A DNA stretch of 64,000 nucleotides from a bacterium. Lineage in GTDB: Bacteria; UBA8248. Within the stretch, counting starts at the first letter, position 1. The number at the start of each line of letters is the position of its first letter. Below are positions 50,700 through 60,250 of this stretch, piece after piece. Location: assembly GCA_965200245.1 (NCBI GenBank), contig CBDATS010000005.1, forward strand, positions 544,001 through 608,000, written 5' to 3'. Below the pieces are notes generated by a model. It searched no databases. It had not been told where the DNA came from and saw only the letters and a list, made by a program, of their open reading frames with translations. The position numbers and the translations under genes were made by a program.

Positions 50700-50960
50700 A
50701 TGTCATTTACCTCATTAATAACTCAACCTAAAGATTTCCACGCGTTTTTGCGCAAGTCCGCGTCTCTGGCAATCCGTATGACGCTCGTTGGTATTTTCGT
50801 TGTCCGGGTAGCAACTCGATGTACTACTAGTTGGCAGCGCCGTCAGCCGCACCCTGAGGGTGCCGTCTCGCACTCCACTGATTTCCATTTTGAATGAGTT
50901 CGACTGGGGACCCAAACCTCAATGCTGGATCGGTTTGCCTCCTCGCGGAGGCCGATTACG
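50700..50960 (-). pseudogene. Degraded DUF167 (YggU-like) gene
   Basis: 'IEVWV/..QSNSFKMEISGVRDGTLRVRLTALP' resembles DUF167; expected position after yggT-divIVA; frameshifted. Confidence 0.6.
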
Positions 50961-51540
50961 ACGCATCACTCTCTGCTTTCTGGTTCAACGTAATGACGTT
51001 TTCGCTTTCTTTATCGGGGGCGTCTTCACTTTGTTCATCCATGAGGCTGTTGAGGTCGACTCCCATTCGGACGCCCTGGATTTCCAGAGTTCGAATCTGA
51101 GAGAGTAACGTATCGTAAATATCCGCCAGAATCTTCTCCCTTCCCTCCGTCAACTCCGTAATTTCCCCGCGCAGCTTTTCGACGTCTTTTTCGGCTTGCG
51201 CGCTAATCCTGTCGGCCTCTGCGTTAGCCTTCTCGACGATCTGCCCGGCTTCGGTTTCCGCTTTCTCCACCAGTTCGCCAGACCTCACCGTAGCTTGGTC
51301 CCTGAGTTCATTCACGGAGATGAGGATTTTCTGCAGATTGGCATGCTCTCCCCTCAGGCGATTGTACTGCTCGAACAAGTCCTTGCATTGCAGGCTAAGT
51401 TGTTCGTTCTTCCGTTCTAACTCATCCAGGGAATCGGCCACCTTAAACAGGAAAGTATCAACTTCGATACGGTCGTAACCCCGTATCTTACTTGAAAAAC
51501 TATGTCCCCGAACCTCGTTGCCAGTATACTTCATCTCCAC
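50956..51540 (-). CDS. divIVA: DivIVA-domain protein
   Basis: 'FSSKIRGYDRIEVDTFL' followed by a coiled coil. Confidence 0.85.
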   Translation of the reverse strand: MEMKYTGNEVRGHSFSSKIRGYDRIEVDTFLFKVADSLDELERKNEQLSLQCKDLFEQYNRLRGEHANLQKILISVNELRDQATVRSGELVEKAETEAGQIVEKANAEADRISAQAEKDVEKLRGEITELTEGREKILADIYDTLLSQIRTLEIQGVRMGVDLNSLMDEQSEDAPDKESENVITLNQKAESDAS

Positions 51541-51555
51541 CGCCCTAGGTGAAAA

Positions 51556-51858
51556 TCATCGCAACATGTTCGCCAGATCAAAGATACTTTGAACCAGGAA
51601 GCTTTGCAAAAAGAAGATGATCAACAACAATACTATCGGGCTCGCGTCAATGCCCCCAATATCAGGCATCCGGTAGCGTACGGGAGCCAGTATCGGCTCC
51701 GTCAGGCGGTATAGTATCTGGACTATCGGATTGTAGGGATCAGGGTTCACCCACGACAGGAGCGCACGAATGATGATGATCCAGATGTAGATAGTGAGCA
51801 GATAGCTGAGAATCACGCCAATTCCGTACATGAAATTCGATATCAGGAACACCGCCAC
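51556..51858 (-). CDS. yggT: YggT family membrane protein
   Basis: 'RALLSWVNPDPYNPIVQILYRLTEP' and 'GGIDASP'. Confidence 0.92.
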   Translation of the reverse strand: MAVFLISNFMYGIGVILSYLLTIYIWIIIIRALLSWVNPDPYNPIVQILYRLTEPILAPVRYRMPDIGGIDASPIVLLLIIFFLQSFLVQSIFDLANMLR

Positions 51859-51876
51859 CCCCTCTGAAGAATCAGC

Positions 51877-52683
51877 CTAGCCACGACCTAGCTCCTCACT
51901 CCGGCGAGCGGCATCGTACACGGCGTTCATAACAGCGGAGCGGAGCCCCCCGCGTTCAAGCGCGTACAAACCGGCGATGGTCGTTCCTCCGGGTGATGTC
52001 ACCATGTCTTTCAAACGGCCCGGATGCTCGCCCGTCTCAAGCAGCATCCGCGCGGAACCTAGAACGGTTTGGGCTGCTAGCAGCACCGCCTTCTCACGCG
52101 GCAGGCCGACCCTCACCCCACCGTCGGAAAGCGCCTCAATGAACTGAAAGACGTACGCAGGCCCGCTGCCCGATAAGCCCGTCACGGCATCCATGAGTGA
52201 TTCAGGCACAACTACCGCCTTGCCCACGGATTCGAGAAGCTCTGTCGCCTGCAGTAAATCCGCTTCCGATGCCCCGCCACCTGCAGACAACCCCGCAGCA
52301 CCTTCTCCTACGAGGGCAGGCGTATTCGGCATCACACGGATAATGCGCGCCTCATCACCCAAAATTACCGTAAAACGGCTTGTAGGCACACCTGCGACGA
52401 CAGAAATTAAGAGTGGGTGGTGCGCCAAGGTGTCTTTCAGCCCATTCAGAACAACGTCAAGCACCTGCGGCTTCACGGCAATCACGACCTTTTGCGCCTC
52501 GGGGACTGCCTCCGTCCCATTAGACACCACGCGAAACCCAGACGTTCTCCCCAGATATTCGGCGCGCTCGACCAGAGGCTCCGCGATGACGATATCTTCG
52601 ACTTTCGCATAAGCGGAGTTCACCATGCCCAAGGCGAGCGCTTCGCCCATGTTGCCGCCGCCGACTATGAGGATTTCCGACAT
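51877..52683 (-). CDS. proC: Pyrroline-5-carboxylate reductase
   Basis: 'GGGNMG', 'AVKPQ', 'RVMPNTP', 'SGSGPAY' and 'VTSPGGTT'. Confidence 0.95.
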   Translation of the reverse strand: MSEILIVGGGNMGEALALGMVNSAYAKVEDIVIAEPLVERAEYLGRTSGFRVVSNGTEAVPEAQKVVIAVKPQVLDVVLNGLKDTLAHHPLLISVVAGVPTSRFTVILGDEARIIRVMPNTPALVGEGAAGLSAGGGASEADLLQATELLESVGKAVVVPESLMDAVTGLSGSGPAYVFQFIEALSDGGVRVGLPREKAVLLAAQTVLGSARMLLETGEHPGRLKDMVTSPGGTTIAGLYALERGGLRSAVMNAVYDAARRSEELGRG

Positions 52684-52775
52684 TGAGAAAAACCTTCCGT
52701 ATCCAGAATCAGAATCACTCCGACCACCAGAGCCGTTCCATCCTACTGAAACCGTCACCCCGATTCAAATTCCGC

Positions 52776-53483
52776 TCAGTTCGCTCCCCTTGGTCCGAAA
52801 ATAGCCGTGCCGATACGTACGAGCGTCGCTCCCTCGGCTATCGCGACTTCAAAATCGTTCGACATACCCATCGACAACTCCCGAACACTCGAAAAGCTCG
52901 CGTCCAACGCTTCATCCCGCAATTTTCTCAACAACCTGAAATGCGGGCGGCTCTCCTCTGCCTCCCGACCCAGGGGAGGGATGCACATCAATCCGATCAC
53001 ACGCAGGGCTTCCAGCACGGACGTCTCTTTAATCAGCGTCAGCGTATCAGAGGGAGCGACACCACCCTTTTGGGCTTCTTCACCGGTGTTCACCTGAATG
53101 AATACTTCGAGCGGGCCTTTCCCCACCCCCATCACACGCTTGTTCAACTCTTGTGCCAAGGCGAGCGAATCGAGCGATTCCACCACGTCAAACAACCCGG
53201 GCATGGCGCGGGCCTTGTTTCTTTGCAAACTGCCGATAAGATGCCACTTTGCTTTCTTAGCCATTTCAGGGTCTATTTCGTCCTTCTTACGCTGGGCTTC
53301 CTGCGCCCTGTTCTCGCCGATGATTTCGACGCCCGCCTCGATAGCCTCGACGACACGATCGGGTGGCTGGGTCTTGCTCACGGCAAGAATACGGATTTCA
53401 TCCGGATTCCGGCCCGAGACGCCAGCAGATTCCGTTACGCGCTCCTTTACCATTTCGTACCGCCGCCCGATTTCGCTCACCAC
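52776..53483 (-). CDS. yggS: PLP homeostasis protein
   Basis: 'AVSKT', 'GENRAQE', 'HLIGSLQRNK' and 'LSMGMSND...VRIGTAIFG'. Confidence 0.95.
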   Translation of the reverse strand: MVSEIGRRYEMVKERVTESAGVSGRNPDEIRILAVSKTQPPDRVVEAIEAGVEIIGENRAQEAQRKKDEIDPEMAKKAKWHLIGSLQRNKARAMPGLFDVVESLDSLALAQELNKRVMGVGKGPLEVFIQVNTGEEAQKGGVAPSDTLTLIKETSVLEALRVIGLMCIPPLGREAEESRPHFRLLRKLRDEALDASFSSVRELSMGMSNDFEVAIAEGATLVRIGTAIFGPRGAN

Positions 53484-53490
53484 ATACCTC

Positions 53491-54288
53491 TCACACTGTT
53501 ATCCATATCGTCGAGAGCAGTCGCCCGGTGAGGGGACCTTCGCGGCGATAGGAGAAAAATCTCGATGATTCAGAAAACGTGCACGGCCCTAGCGCTCCGA
53601 TCCGGTCTTCGGGAATCCCTGCCGAGATCAACTGGAGTCTCGCCGCCAGGGGAAGGTCCAACAACCATTTGTCCTGTCCTAAGGGGGCTGAGAAATCTCT
53701 CCAGTTCGGGTACCTCTTGCGAAACGGGGGAAGGCACTCCTTGCCCACCTCGTATTGCTCCCCTGAAATGGCGGGGCCGAGAGCGGCTCGCATGTCCAAC
53801 GGGTCGCAGCCGTATTCCTCCCGCATCCGCTCAATGGTCGTCGGCAAAACACCGCATGCGACCCCTTTGCGTCCCGCATGCACGGCGGCGACGGCCTTTT
53901 TGCGGGCGTCCGCGATAAGTACGGGAAGGCAATCTGCCGTCTGAACCGCCACTCCCAGACCCTTGGCGTTCGTGATCAGGGCGTCGCCGCAGACTCTTCT
54001 ATCCGGGGAAACCCGCTCGGCTACGACAACGGCGCACCCGTGCACTTGCTTTACTTCCACCAAACGCCCTGCCGGAAAGCCGGCGGCTTCAAAAAAACGC
54101 CTTCTGTTCTCCGCTACGTTTTCTGGAACCTCTCCCTTAGCATGCCCGAGGTTCAGTGAGCGAAACAGGCCATCGCTTACCCCGCCTCTGCGGGTGCTGA
54201 ATCCATGGCGCAGGAAGCGGAGTTCTTCGAGCAGGGGCGAGCCGAGAAATTCGACGCCGCCAGACTCATGGCGATCCAAAGAATTCAT
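53491..54288 (-). CDS. pgeF: Peptidoglycan editing factor / YfiH laccase-domain protein
   Basis: 'FSTRRGGVS', 'QVHG', 'TADCLPV', 'HAG' and 'FFSYRR'. Confidence 0.92.
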   Translation of the reverse strand: MNSLDRHESGGVEFLGSPLLEELRFLRHGFSTRRGGVSDGLFRSLNLGHAKGEVPENVAENRRRFFEAAGFPAGRLVEVKQVHGCAVVVAERVSPDRRVCGDALITNAKGLGVAVQTADCLPVLIADARKKAVAAVHAGRKGVACGVLPTTIERMREEYGCDPLDMRAALGPAISGEQYEVGKECLPPFRKRYPNWRDFSAPLGQDKWLLDLPLAARLQLISAGIPEDRIGALGPCTFSESSRFFSYRREGPLTGRLLSTIWITV

Positions 54289-54355
54289 CCGAAACCCATC
54301 CCGGACGACGGGAAATCAATCAAGAATGTCTTCATACGCTCCTTGCACGGCACCC

Positions 54356-54384
54356 ATTATAAAGAGAGGCACATGACACCACAA
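54356..54384 (-). promoter_or_regulatory. Putative sigma70 promoter for pgeF-yggS-proC
   Basis: TTGTGG-N17-TATAAT on the minus strand, about 70 nt upstream of pgeF. Confidence 0.45.
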
Positions 54385-54416
54385 GAAACGGGCCCTCCCG
54401 CACGAGAAAGGTGGGG

Positions 54417-54440
54417 CTGGGGGAGAATATTCTCCCCCAG
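54417..54440. repeat. Perfect 24-bp palindrome downstream of ftsZ
   Basis: ctgggggagaatattctcccccag. Confidence 0.8.
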
Positions 54441-54507
54441 TCGCGTCCATGGGGAATGCGTCGTTAGCCCAAAGAGAGGTCCTCCCAGCCTAGCGACGAC
54501 AGGGGGG

Positions 54508-55656
54508 TCAGTCAACCTGCCTGCGCAGGAAGGTAGGCACGTCCAGATCGTCATCCTCCAGATTGTCCGTAACTCCGGATGAAGCCCCATTGTTCTTCAT
54601 CCGGATATACGCGGGAACCGAGATTTTTCCGCCCACGGTGCCCGTGGCTTCCGATTCCAGCGGTGGCACTTCACGAATCGATTCCCGCCCGAATCCCGTC
54701 GCAATGACGGTCACGCGAATCTGGTTGTCCAGGTTCGCGTCAATCACCGAACCGAATATGATGTTGGCCTCTTGGTGCGCTTTTTCATGGACGAGTTCGC
54801 ACGCCTCGTTCACTTCATAGAGCGAAAGATCCGCACCGCCACTAATGTTTATGAGCACGCCCCGGGAACCCTCGATAGTCCCCTCCTCAAGCAGCGGGCT
54901 GTTGATGGCGTTTTGCGCGGCAATGACGGCGCGATTTTCTCCCTGACCTGTACCGCTCCCCATGAGTGCCTTGCCACCCATATCGCGCATGATGGTGCGT
55001 ACATCGGCGAAATCAAGATTAATGAGGCCGGGGGTTGTTATGAGGTCAGCGATTCCCTTGCACGCATGCAACAATACGTTGTTCGCCTTCTCGAAGGCTT
55101 CAGTCATCGGCGTAGACCGCTCGACCATGCCCAGGAGACGCTGGTTAGGGATAGTGATGAGCGTGTTTACAGCATCGCGCAATTCCTCGATCCCCTCCTC
55201 TGCCTGTTTCATCCGTCGCGGCCCTTCGAATCCAAACGGTTTGGTGACGACGCCTACCGTCAGCACGCCCGCTTCTTTCGCGATGCGTGCGATGACGGGC
55301 GCGGCACCCGTGCCCGTGCCGCCACCCATGCCTGCGGTAACGAACACCATCTCGAGGTTTTGCATGAATTCCAAGAGAACTTCTGTATCCTCCAGGGCTG
55401 CCTTCCTGCCGACTTCGGGGTTACCGCCAGCTCCCAATCCGCCCGTCAACTCATGGCCGATCTGAATTTTCTCGGTCGCGATAGAACGCTCCAGTACCTG
55501 GGCGTCCGTGTTGGCAGCTACGAACTGAACACCCTCCATACCCGCCGCGATCATGGTATTGACAGCGTTGCCGCCGCCTCCTCCTACGCCGACTACCGCG
55601 ATTCTCGCGCTGCACGGCGCCTCCTGTTCCAGTGTGAAAAATGTTGAATCACTCAT
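54508..55656 (-). CDS. ftsZ: Cell division protein FtsZ
   Basis: '[10 protein letters not shown]', 'GMGGGTGTG', 'NLDFADV' and C-terminal 'DVPTFLR'. Confidence 0.98.
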   Translation of the reverse strand: MSDSTFFTLEQEAPCSARIAVVGVGGGGGNAVNTMIAAGMEGVQFVAANTDAQVLERSIATEKIQIGHELTGGLGAGGNPEVGRKAALEDTEVLLEFMQNLEMVFVTAGMGGGTGTGAAPVIARIAKEAGVLTVGVVTKPFGFEGPRRMKQAEEGIEELRDAVNTLITIPNQRLLGMVERSTPMTEAFEKANNVLLHACKGIADLITTPGLINLDFADVRTIMRDMGGKALMGSGTGQGENRAVIAAQNAINSPLLEEGTIEGSRGVLINISGGADLSLYEVNEACELVHEKAHQEANIIFGSVIDANLDNQIRVTVIATGFGRESIREVPPLESEATGTVGGKISVPAYIRMKNNGASSGVTDNLEDDDLDVPTFLRRQVD

Positions 55657-55701
55657 TGTCCCCCCTTCGATCCTGGAAAGCGCCACCGCCTTCCCTTACA
55701 A

Positions 55702-56943
55702 TCATTTGAAAACGCTGGCCAAAACATGGCGGATTTTTTGTGTCGTTTGGCGAATTGGGCCATGCGCCGCCCCGTTCGTTAGTCCACGGCGCCTCGGGAT
55801 GCCAGATTTCATGGCGTAAATCACAAGGCCCACGGCGGTGGAGTACATCGGTCCATTGACCATATCCACCAGCCCACTAATGCCGCCGGGAACGCCCAGC
55901 CTCACCGGAAGCTGCAGCACGTTTTCGGCGAGTTCATCGGAACCCTCGATAATGCTCGCCCCTCCCGTGAGCACGACGCCTGCAGGTAATAGATCCTCCA
56001 TACCGCTTTTCTGTATCTCGCGGCGGATAAGTGTCAGTATCTCTTCCATACGGGGTTCAATAATTTCTGCGAGCATCTGCCGGCTCAGTAGACGCGGCTG
56101 GCGTCCGCCCACACTGGGTACCTCGATCTCCTCATCGTTCGATATCCGGGTTGCCAAGGCACAACCATGTTCCTGCTTGATTTGCTCAGCCTGGTAATCC
56201 GGCGTCCTAAGCCCTATCGCCATGTCCCTCGTGATATGGCTGCCACCCACGGGGACGACGGCCGAATAGCGCAGCGCTCCCCCGCTAACGACGGCGACAT
56301 CCGATGTGCCACTTCCGATATCCACTATTGCTACGCCCAGATCTCGCTCATCATCGCTCAGAGCCGCCAGCGAGGAAGCGAAAGGCTGAAGCACCAGTCG
56401 TTCTACAACCAAGCCTGCCCGCTTAACGCTATGAGTAATGTTCTGAATCGCGGGGATGGACCCCGTCACCACGTGGACCTTGCATTCCAGGCGAACGCCA
56501 GCCATACCCGCAGGCTCAGTGACACCCTCCTGATCGTCCACGATGTATTCTTGCGGCAGCACGTGGATGATTTCGTGATCTGCCGGCATCGTGACGGCGC
56601 GCGCTTGCTCGACAACACGATCGATATCCTCTTGCGTCACAATCTTGTTCTTGATGGCTACGATACCATTGGTGTTGAAGCTACGGATGTGGCCACCAGC
56701 CACGCCCACGTATGCGGAGCGAATGGGCGAACCGCTGATGAATTCCGCTTCACTCACCGCCGTTTGGACTGACTCCACCGTCTGGTCGATGTTCACCACA
56801 AAGCCCCGGTTGAGTCCTTTCGAGGCGGTTTTACCCAGCCCCACGATTTCCAAGGATCCGTCCTCGTTCACCTCGGCCACGACCACACAGATTTTCGATG
56901 TGCCGATGTCCAAACCCACCAGCACGTCGTTCTGTTTGCTCAT
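55702..56943 (-). CDS. ftsA: Cell division protein FtsA
   Basis: 'GLDIGTSK', 'HVLPQEY', 'DIGSGTSD' and 'YSTAVGL'; start at MSKQ. Confidence 0.96.
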   Translation of the reverse strand: MSKQNDVLVGLDIGTSKICVVVAEVNEDGSLEIVGLGKTASKGLNRGFVVNIDQTVESVQTAVSEAEFISGSPIRSAYVGVAGGHIRSFNTNGIVAIKNKIVTQEDIDRVVEQARAVTMPADHEIIHVLPQEYIVDDQEGVTEPAGMAGVRLECKVHVVTGSIPAIQNITHSVKRAGLVVERLVLQPFASSLAALSDDERDLGVAIVDIGSGTSDVAVVSGGALRYSAVVPVGGSHITRDMAIGLRTPDYQAEQIKQEHGCALATRISNDEEIEVPSVGGRQPRLLSRQMLAEIIEPRMEEILTLIRREIQKSGMEDLLPAGVVLTGGASIIEGSDELAENVLQLPVRLGVPGGISGLVDMVNGPMYSTAVGLVIYAMKSGIPRRRGLTNGAAHGPIRQTTQKIRHVLASVFK

Positions 56944-57854
56944 CCTTTCTTCCCTCCATCCTTTGTGAGTGGCCGAACGATAACCCTGTCGGGAAATCTC
57001 AAATCGAACTGCAGGCCGCCCGCTCCGAGTTCTTTCTGCCGGAGAACATCGTCCGCAACGGCCCGAAGCCGTCCGGCCTGGCTCTCCATTTTCTCTGCAC
57101 TGACCATAAGTTCCACCTTGCTCTCCGGGGCGCGAAGCCGCAGCTGATCCGGGCTGGAATTTCGGACGGCAATGCACTCGCCTCGTATTACCGGAGAATC
57201 CTGGAATAAATGGGCTGCCTCTATGGAGCGAGCCAGCCGCGGGTCGCGAATAACATCTCCTGGCCGCCAGCGACGCGAAGCGAATCCCTCAACCACGGGC
57301 AAGCATCCGGCGACTGACGCCAAAGATTTGCCAAGCACGACGCCCTCCTCATCCACCATGAGGGTTTCACCACCCATGATGTACGCGACGGGCTTGCGTT
57401 CGATGATGTTGACTTCGAGGAAATGGGGCGGACGCATGCGCACGCTCGCCCGTTTTATCCACAGATGGGCGGCCACGCGCGCGCGTATGGCCGCCAAATC
57501 GGCGTCGAATAAGTTCATACCCGGCTCGACACTCATGAGTTTCACGATTTCCTCGGTGCGAAGCGCCCGCTGTCCCTTCACCTCCACCTTACTCAGTTCG
57601 AAATGGCGACTGCTTTTCGCCCATTGGACCGCATGTCCACCCAAAAGAAGCACCTCCACGAAAACCAAAATCCCGATCGCGGGCCATAGCCAGTTTCCGC
57701 CTGTCCTCTCCTTACGCTGTAGTCTGACGCTTTTAGGGGCATTCGGTTCGATGTCTACCTCACGGAGCCCGTGATGTTCGGCCACTTGTGCTAGATTCAG
57801 GACGACTTCCCGGCTTCCGTCTTTCCCTCCCCATCTGAATGATAAACGCCTCAC
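56940..57854 (-). CDS. ftsQ: Cell division protein FtsQ/DivIB
   Basis: Single TM segment, POTRA-like region, 'ERKP' and C-terminal 'DLRF'; synteny. Confidence 0.85.
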   Translation of the reverse strand: MRRLSFRWGGKDGSREVVLNLAQVAEHHGLREVDIEPNAPKSVRLQRKERTGGNWLWPAIGILVFVEVLLLGGHAVQWAKSSRHFELSKVEVKGQRALRTEEIVKLMSVEPGMNLFDADLAAIRARVAAHLWIKRASVRMRPPHFLEVNIIERKPVAYIMGGETLMVDEEGVVLGKSLASVAGCLPVVEGFASRRWRPGDVIRDPRLARSIEAAHLFQDSPVIRGECIAVRNSSPDQLRLRAPESKVELMVSAEKMESQAGRLRAVADDVLRQKELGAGGLQFDLRFPDRVIVRPLTKDGGKKG

Positions 57855-58804
57855 GCCGGATCCTCCCCAATGATGTTCAACTCCAGGATCAACTCAATGC
57901 CCCTTTTCTGAAAAATTACCCCTTTCACCTCATCAATGAGCGCCAGAACGTCCACTGCCGTTGCACCGCCGAGGTTCACCATGAAATTCCCATGCACTTC
58001 GCTCACTTGCGCACCGCCAATGCACATACCCTTAAGGTCCGCCGATTCGATGAGCATGCCCGCGCGCTCACCGGGCGGATTCTTGAAAATGGAACCCGCA
58101 CATGGCACGCCCCAGGGCTGGCGCTCCCGCCTTTGAACAGCGCTTCGCCTCAATTGCTCCCTCAATGCGCCAGCGTCCGCAGGCCGCAGCGAAAAACGAA
58201 CGGAGAACACGATGCCCGGTACGGGCAACTCGGCCTTCCGATACGAGAAGCAAATATCTTTCGCGGGGAGCCGCTCGGGAGCACCTTCACCCAGAGGCAT
58301 CCAGCGAATGCTCTCTACGGAGTCTTCGATATAAGATTCAGCGGTTCCTGCGTTCATGGCCATCGCGCCGCCCACGGTGCCGGGAACCCCAGCCAGACAT
58401 TCGGTTCCCGCCCAGCCACGCTCAGCGGCGAAGCGCACCACCGCCGGAATCTTCTCTCCCGCGCCCGCATCGAGCAGTACATGCTCTTCGTTCTCCTCGA
58501 CCACTTCGATTCCCCGGAAACCCTTCGCAAAAGCAATAACTACCCCGCGAACGCCTCCGTCACGCACCAAGGTGTTGGCGCCTCCGCCCAGAACCGTCAT
58601 CTGCAATGCTTCGCTCCGGCATCTCTCGACCAATGCCACGAGCTCGTCTTCCGTCGCGGGCAGCGCGAGAGCGTCCGCCGGACCACCCACCTGGAATGTT
58701 GTGTAGGCAGCCAACATTTCACCGAAAAGTATCTCGCAATCGAGACCCTTCAGTTTCTCCGCCACCTCAAGCGCCATAACTTCCTCCGCTAACCCGATGT
58801 TCAT
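57851..58804 (-). CDS. murB: UDP-N-acetylenolpyruvoylglucosamine reductase
   Basis: 'TTFQVGGPA', 'GVPGTVGGA..MNAG', 'AGSIFKNP' and 'HGNF'. Confidence 0.96.
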   Translation of the reverse strand: MNIGLAEEVMALEVAEKLKGLDCEILFGEMLAAYTTFQVGGPADALALPATEDELVALVERCRSEALQMTVLGGGANTLVRDGGVRGVVIAFAKGFRGIEVVEENEEHVLLDAGAGEKIPAVVRFAAERGWAGTECLAGVPGTVGGAMAMNAGTAESYIEDSVESIRWMPLGEGAPERLPAKDICFSYRKAELPVPGIVFSVRFSLRPADAGALREQLRRSAVQRRERQPWGVPCAGSIFKNPPGERAGMLIESADLKGMCIGGAQVSEVHGNFMVNLGGATAVDVLALIDEVKGVIFQKRGIELILELNIIGEDPA

Positions 58805-60231
58805 ACCGCTTCCTCGGATTTTTCGTCTCTGGCTTCCAGTTTAGCGATCAACTCCCGACTCACTTTCCAGACGTCACCTGCACCAAGCGTGAGAACGATG
58901 TCGCCACTTCTCGCCTCCTCGAACAGGCGATTCACAGCCTCTTCCAAGCCACCTGTCGCCTCGCAGTTCTTGTGACCGTGCGCCCTGATGCCTTCGGCGA
59001 GTTTTGCAGAACTGACTCCATCGATGGGCGCTTCGCCCGCGGCGTATATAGGCGCGACGAGCACCCTGTCGGCATCGTAAAAAGCAGTGTGGAAGGCTTC
59101 TTCGAGGTGATGCGTTCTCGTGTATCGGTGCGGCTGAAACAATACCACCAGGCGGTTTTCTGGCCATGCCTCGCGGACGGCGCGGAGCGTGACCTTGATC
59201 TCTTGGGGGTGATGCCCGTAGTCGTCGAAAATCGTGACGCCAGATTTTTCGCCGATCTGTTCCAGGCGGCGGCCGATCCCATCGAATTCGTAAAGTCCTC
59301 TTTGGATGTCCGCGAAGGAAACGTCGAACTCCATTGAGACGGCGGCGGCGGCCAGGGCATTGTACGCGTTATGGCGTCCAGGCATGGTCAATTGTATCTC
59401 GCCGAGGCGTTCCCCCCTTTTTTTTACGCCGAAAACCGCTTGGCCGTTCTCGTAGCGGAAATCCTCTCCTATATAATCTGCCTGGGTACCAAAGCCATAG
59501 GTGACAAACTGCTTCTCCACGTGGGGAATGAATTCCTGAATCGCTGGATGATCCAAGCACAAGACCGAGAAGCCGTAGAAGGGCACCTTGTTCACGAATT
59601 CCAAGAACGCGGTCTTGATGGCATCGTAATTCTCATAAAAATCAAGATGCTCCTCGTCGATGTTTGTCACGATCGCAATCGTGGGAGTCAGCCGCAAGAA
59701 CGTGCCGTCGCTCTCGTCAGCTTCCGCCACCAGATACTCTCCCTCGCCCATTCGTGCGTTCGATCCCAAGGCATTGATGCGCCCGCCTACGACCACCGTG
59801 GGGTCAAGGCCGCTGGCTGCCAGAACCGCCGCGATGAATGACGTAGTGGTCGTCTTGCCGTGCGTGCCCGCGACGCCGATGCTGTATTTCATGCGCATAA
59901 GTTCGGCCAACATCTCCGCACGCCTTATGACGGGGATTTTCCGTCGCCTCGCTTCGGCAACTTCCACGTTAACGGCCGTAACCGCCGAGCTGTAAACCAA
60001 AACGTCAGCTCCAGCCACGTTCTCCGCCTTGTGGCCCAGCACCACCCGGGCGCCTAAGCCCCGAAGTCGGAAAATCGCCTCGTTGCTCGTGATGTCCGAG
60101 CCGCTGATCTCATAACCCAGGTTCAGCAAGACCTCGGCGATGCCGCACATGCCCGTGCCGCCGATGCCCACGAAATGAACACGCCTTGAGTGCCTGAACA
60201 TAGCGTGCTTGGTGTATGGTCTTGCTATCAC
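58801..60231 (-). CDS. murC: UDP-N-acetylmuramate--L-alanine ligase
   Basis: 'HFVGIGGTGM', 'GTHGKTTT', 'EADESD', 'DDYGHHP' and 'FQPHRY'. Confidence 0.97.
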   Translation of the reverse strand: MIARPYTKHAMFRHSRRVHFVGIGGTGMCGIAEVLLNLGYEISGSDITSNEAIFRLRGLGARVVLGHKAENVAGADVLVYSSAVTAVNVEVAEARRRKIPVIRRAEMLAELMRMKYSIGVAGTHGKTTTTSFIAAVLAASGLDPTVVVGGRINALGSNARMGEGEYLVAEADESDGTFLRLTPTIAIVTNIDEEHLDFYENYDAIKTAFLEFVNKVPFYGFSVLCLDHPAIQEFIPHVEKQFVTYGFGTQADYIGEDFRYENGQAVFGVKKRGERLGEIQLTMPGRHNAYNALAAAAVSMEFDVSFADIQRGLYEFDGIGRRLEQIGEKSGVTIFDDYGHHPQEIKVTLRAVREAWPENRLVVLFQPHRYTRTHHLEEAFHTAFYDADRVLVAPIYAAGEAPIDGVSSAKLAEGIRAHGHKNCEATGGLEEAVNRLFEEARSGDIVLTLGAGDVWKVSRELIAKLEARDEKSEEAV

Positions 60232-60250
60232 TTCAGGGATCCTTTCCTCA

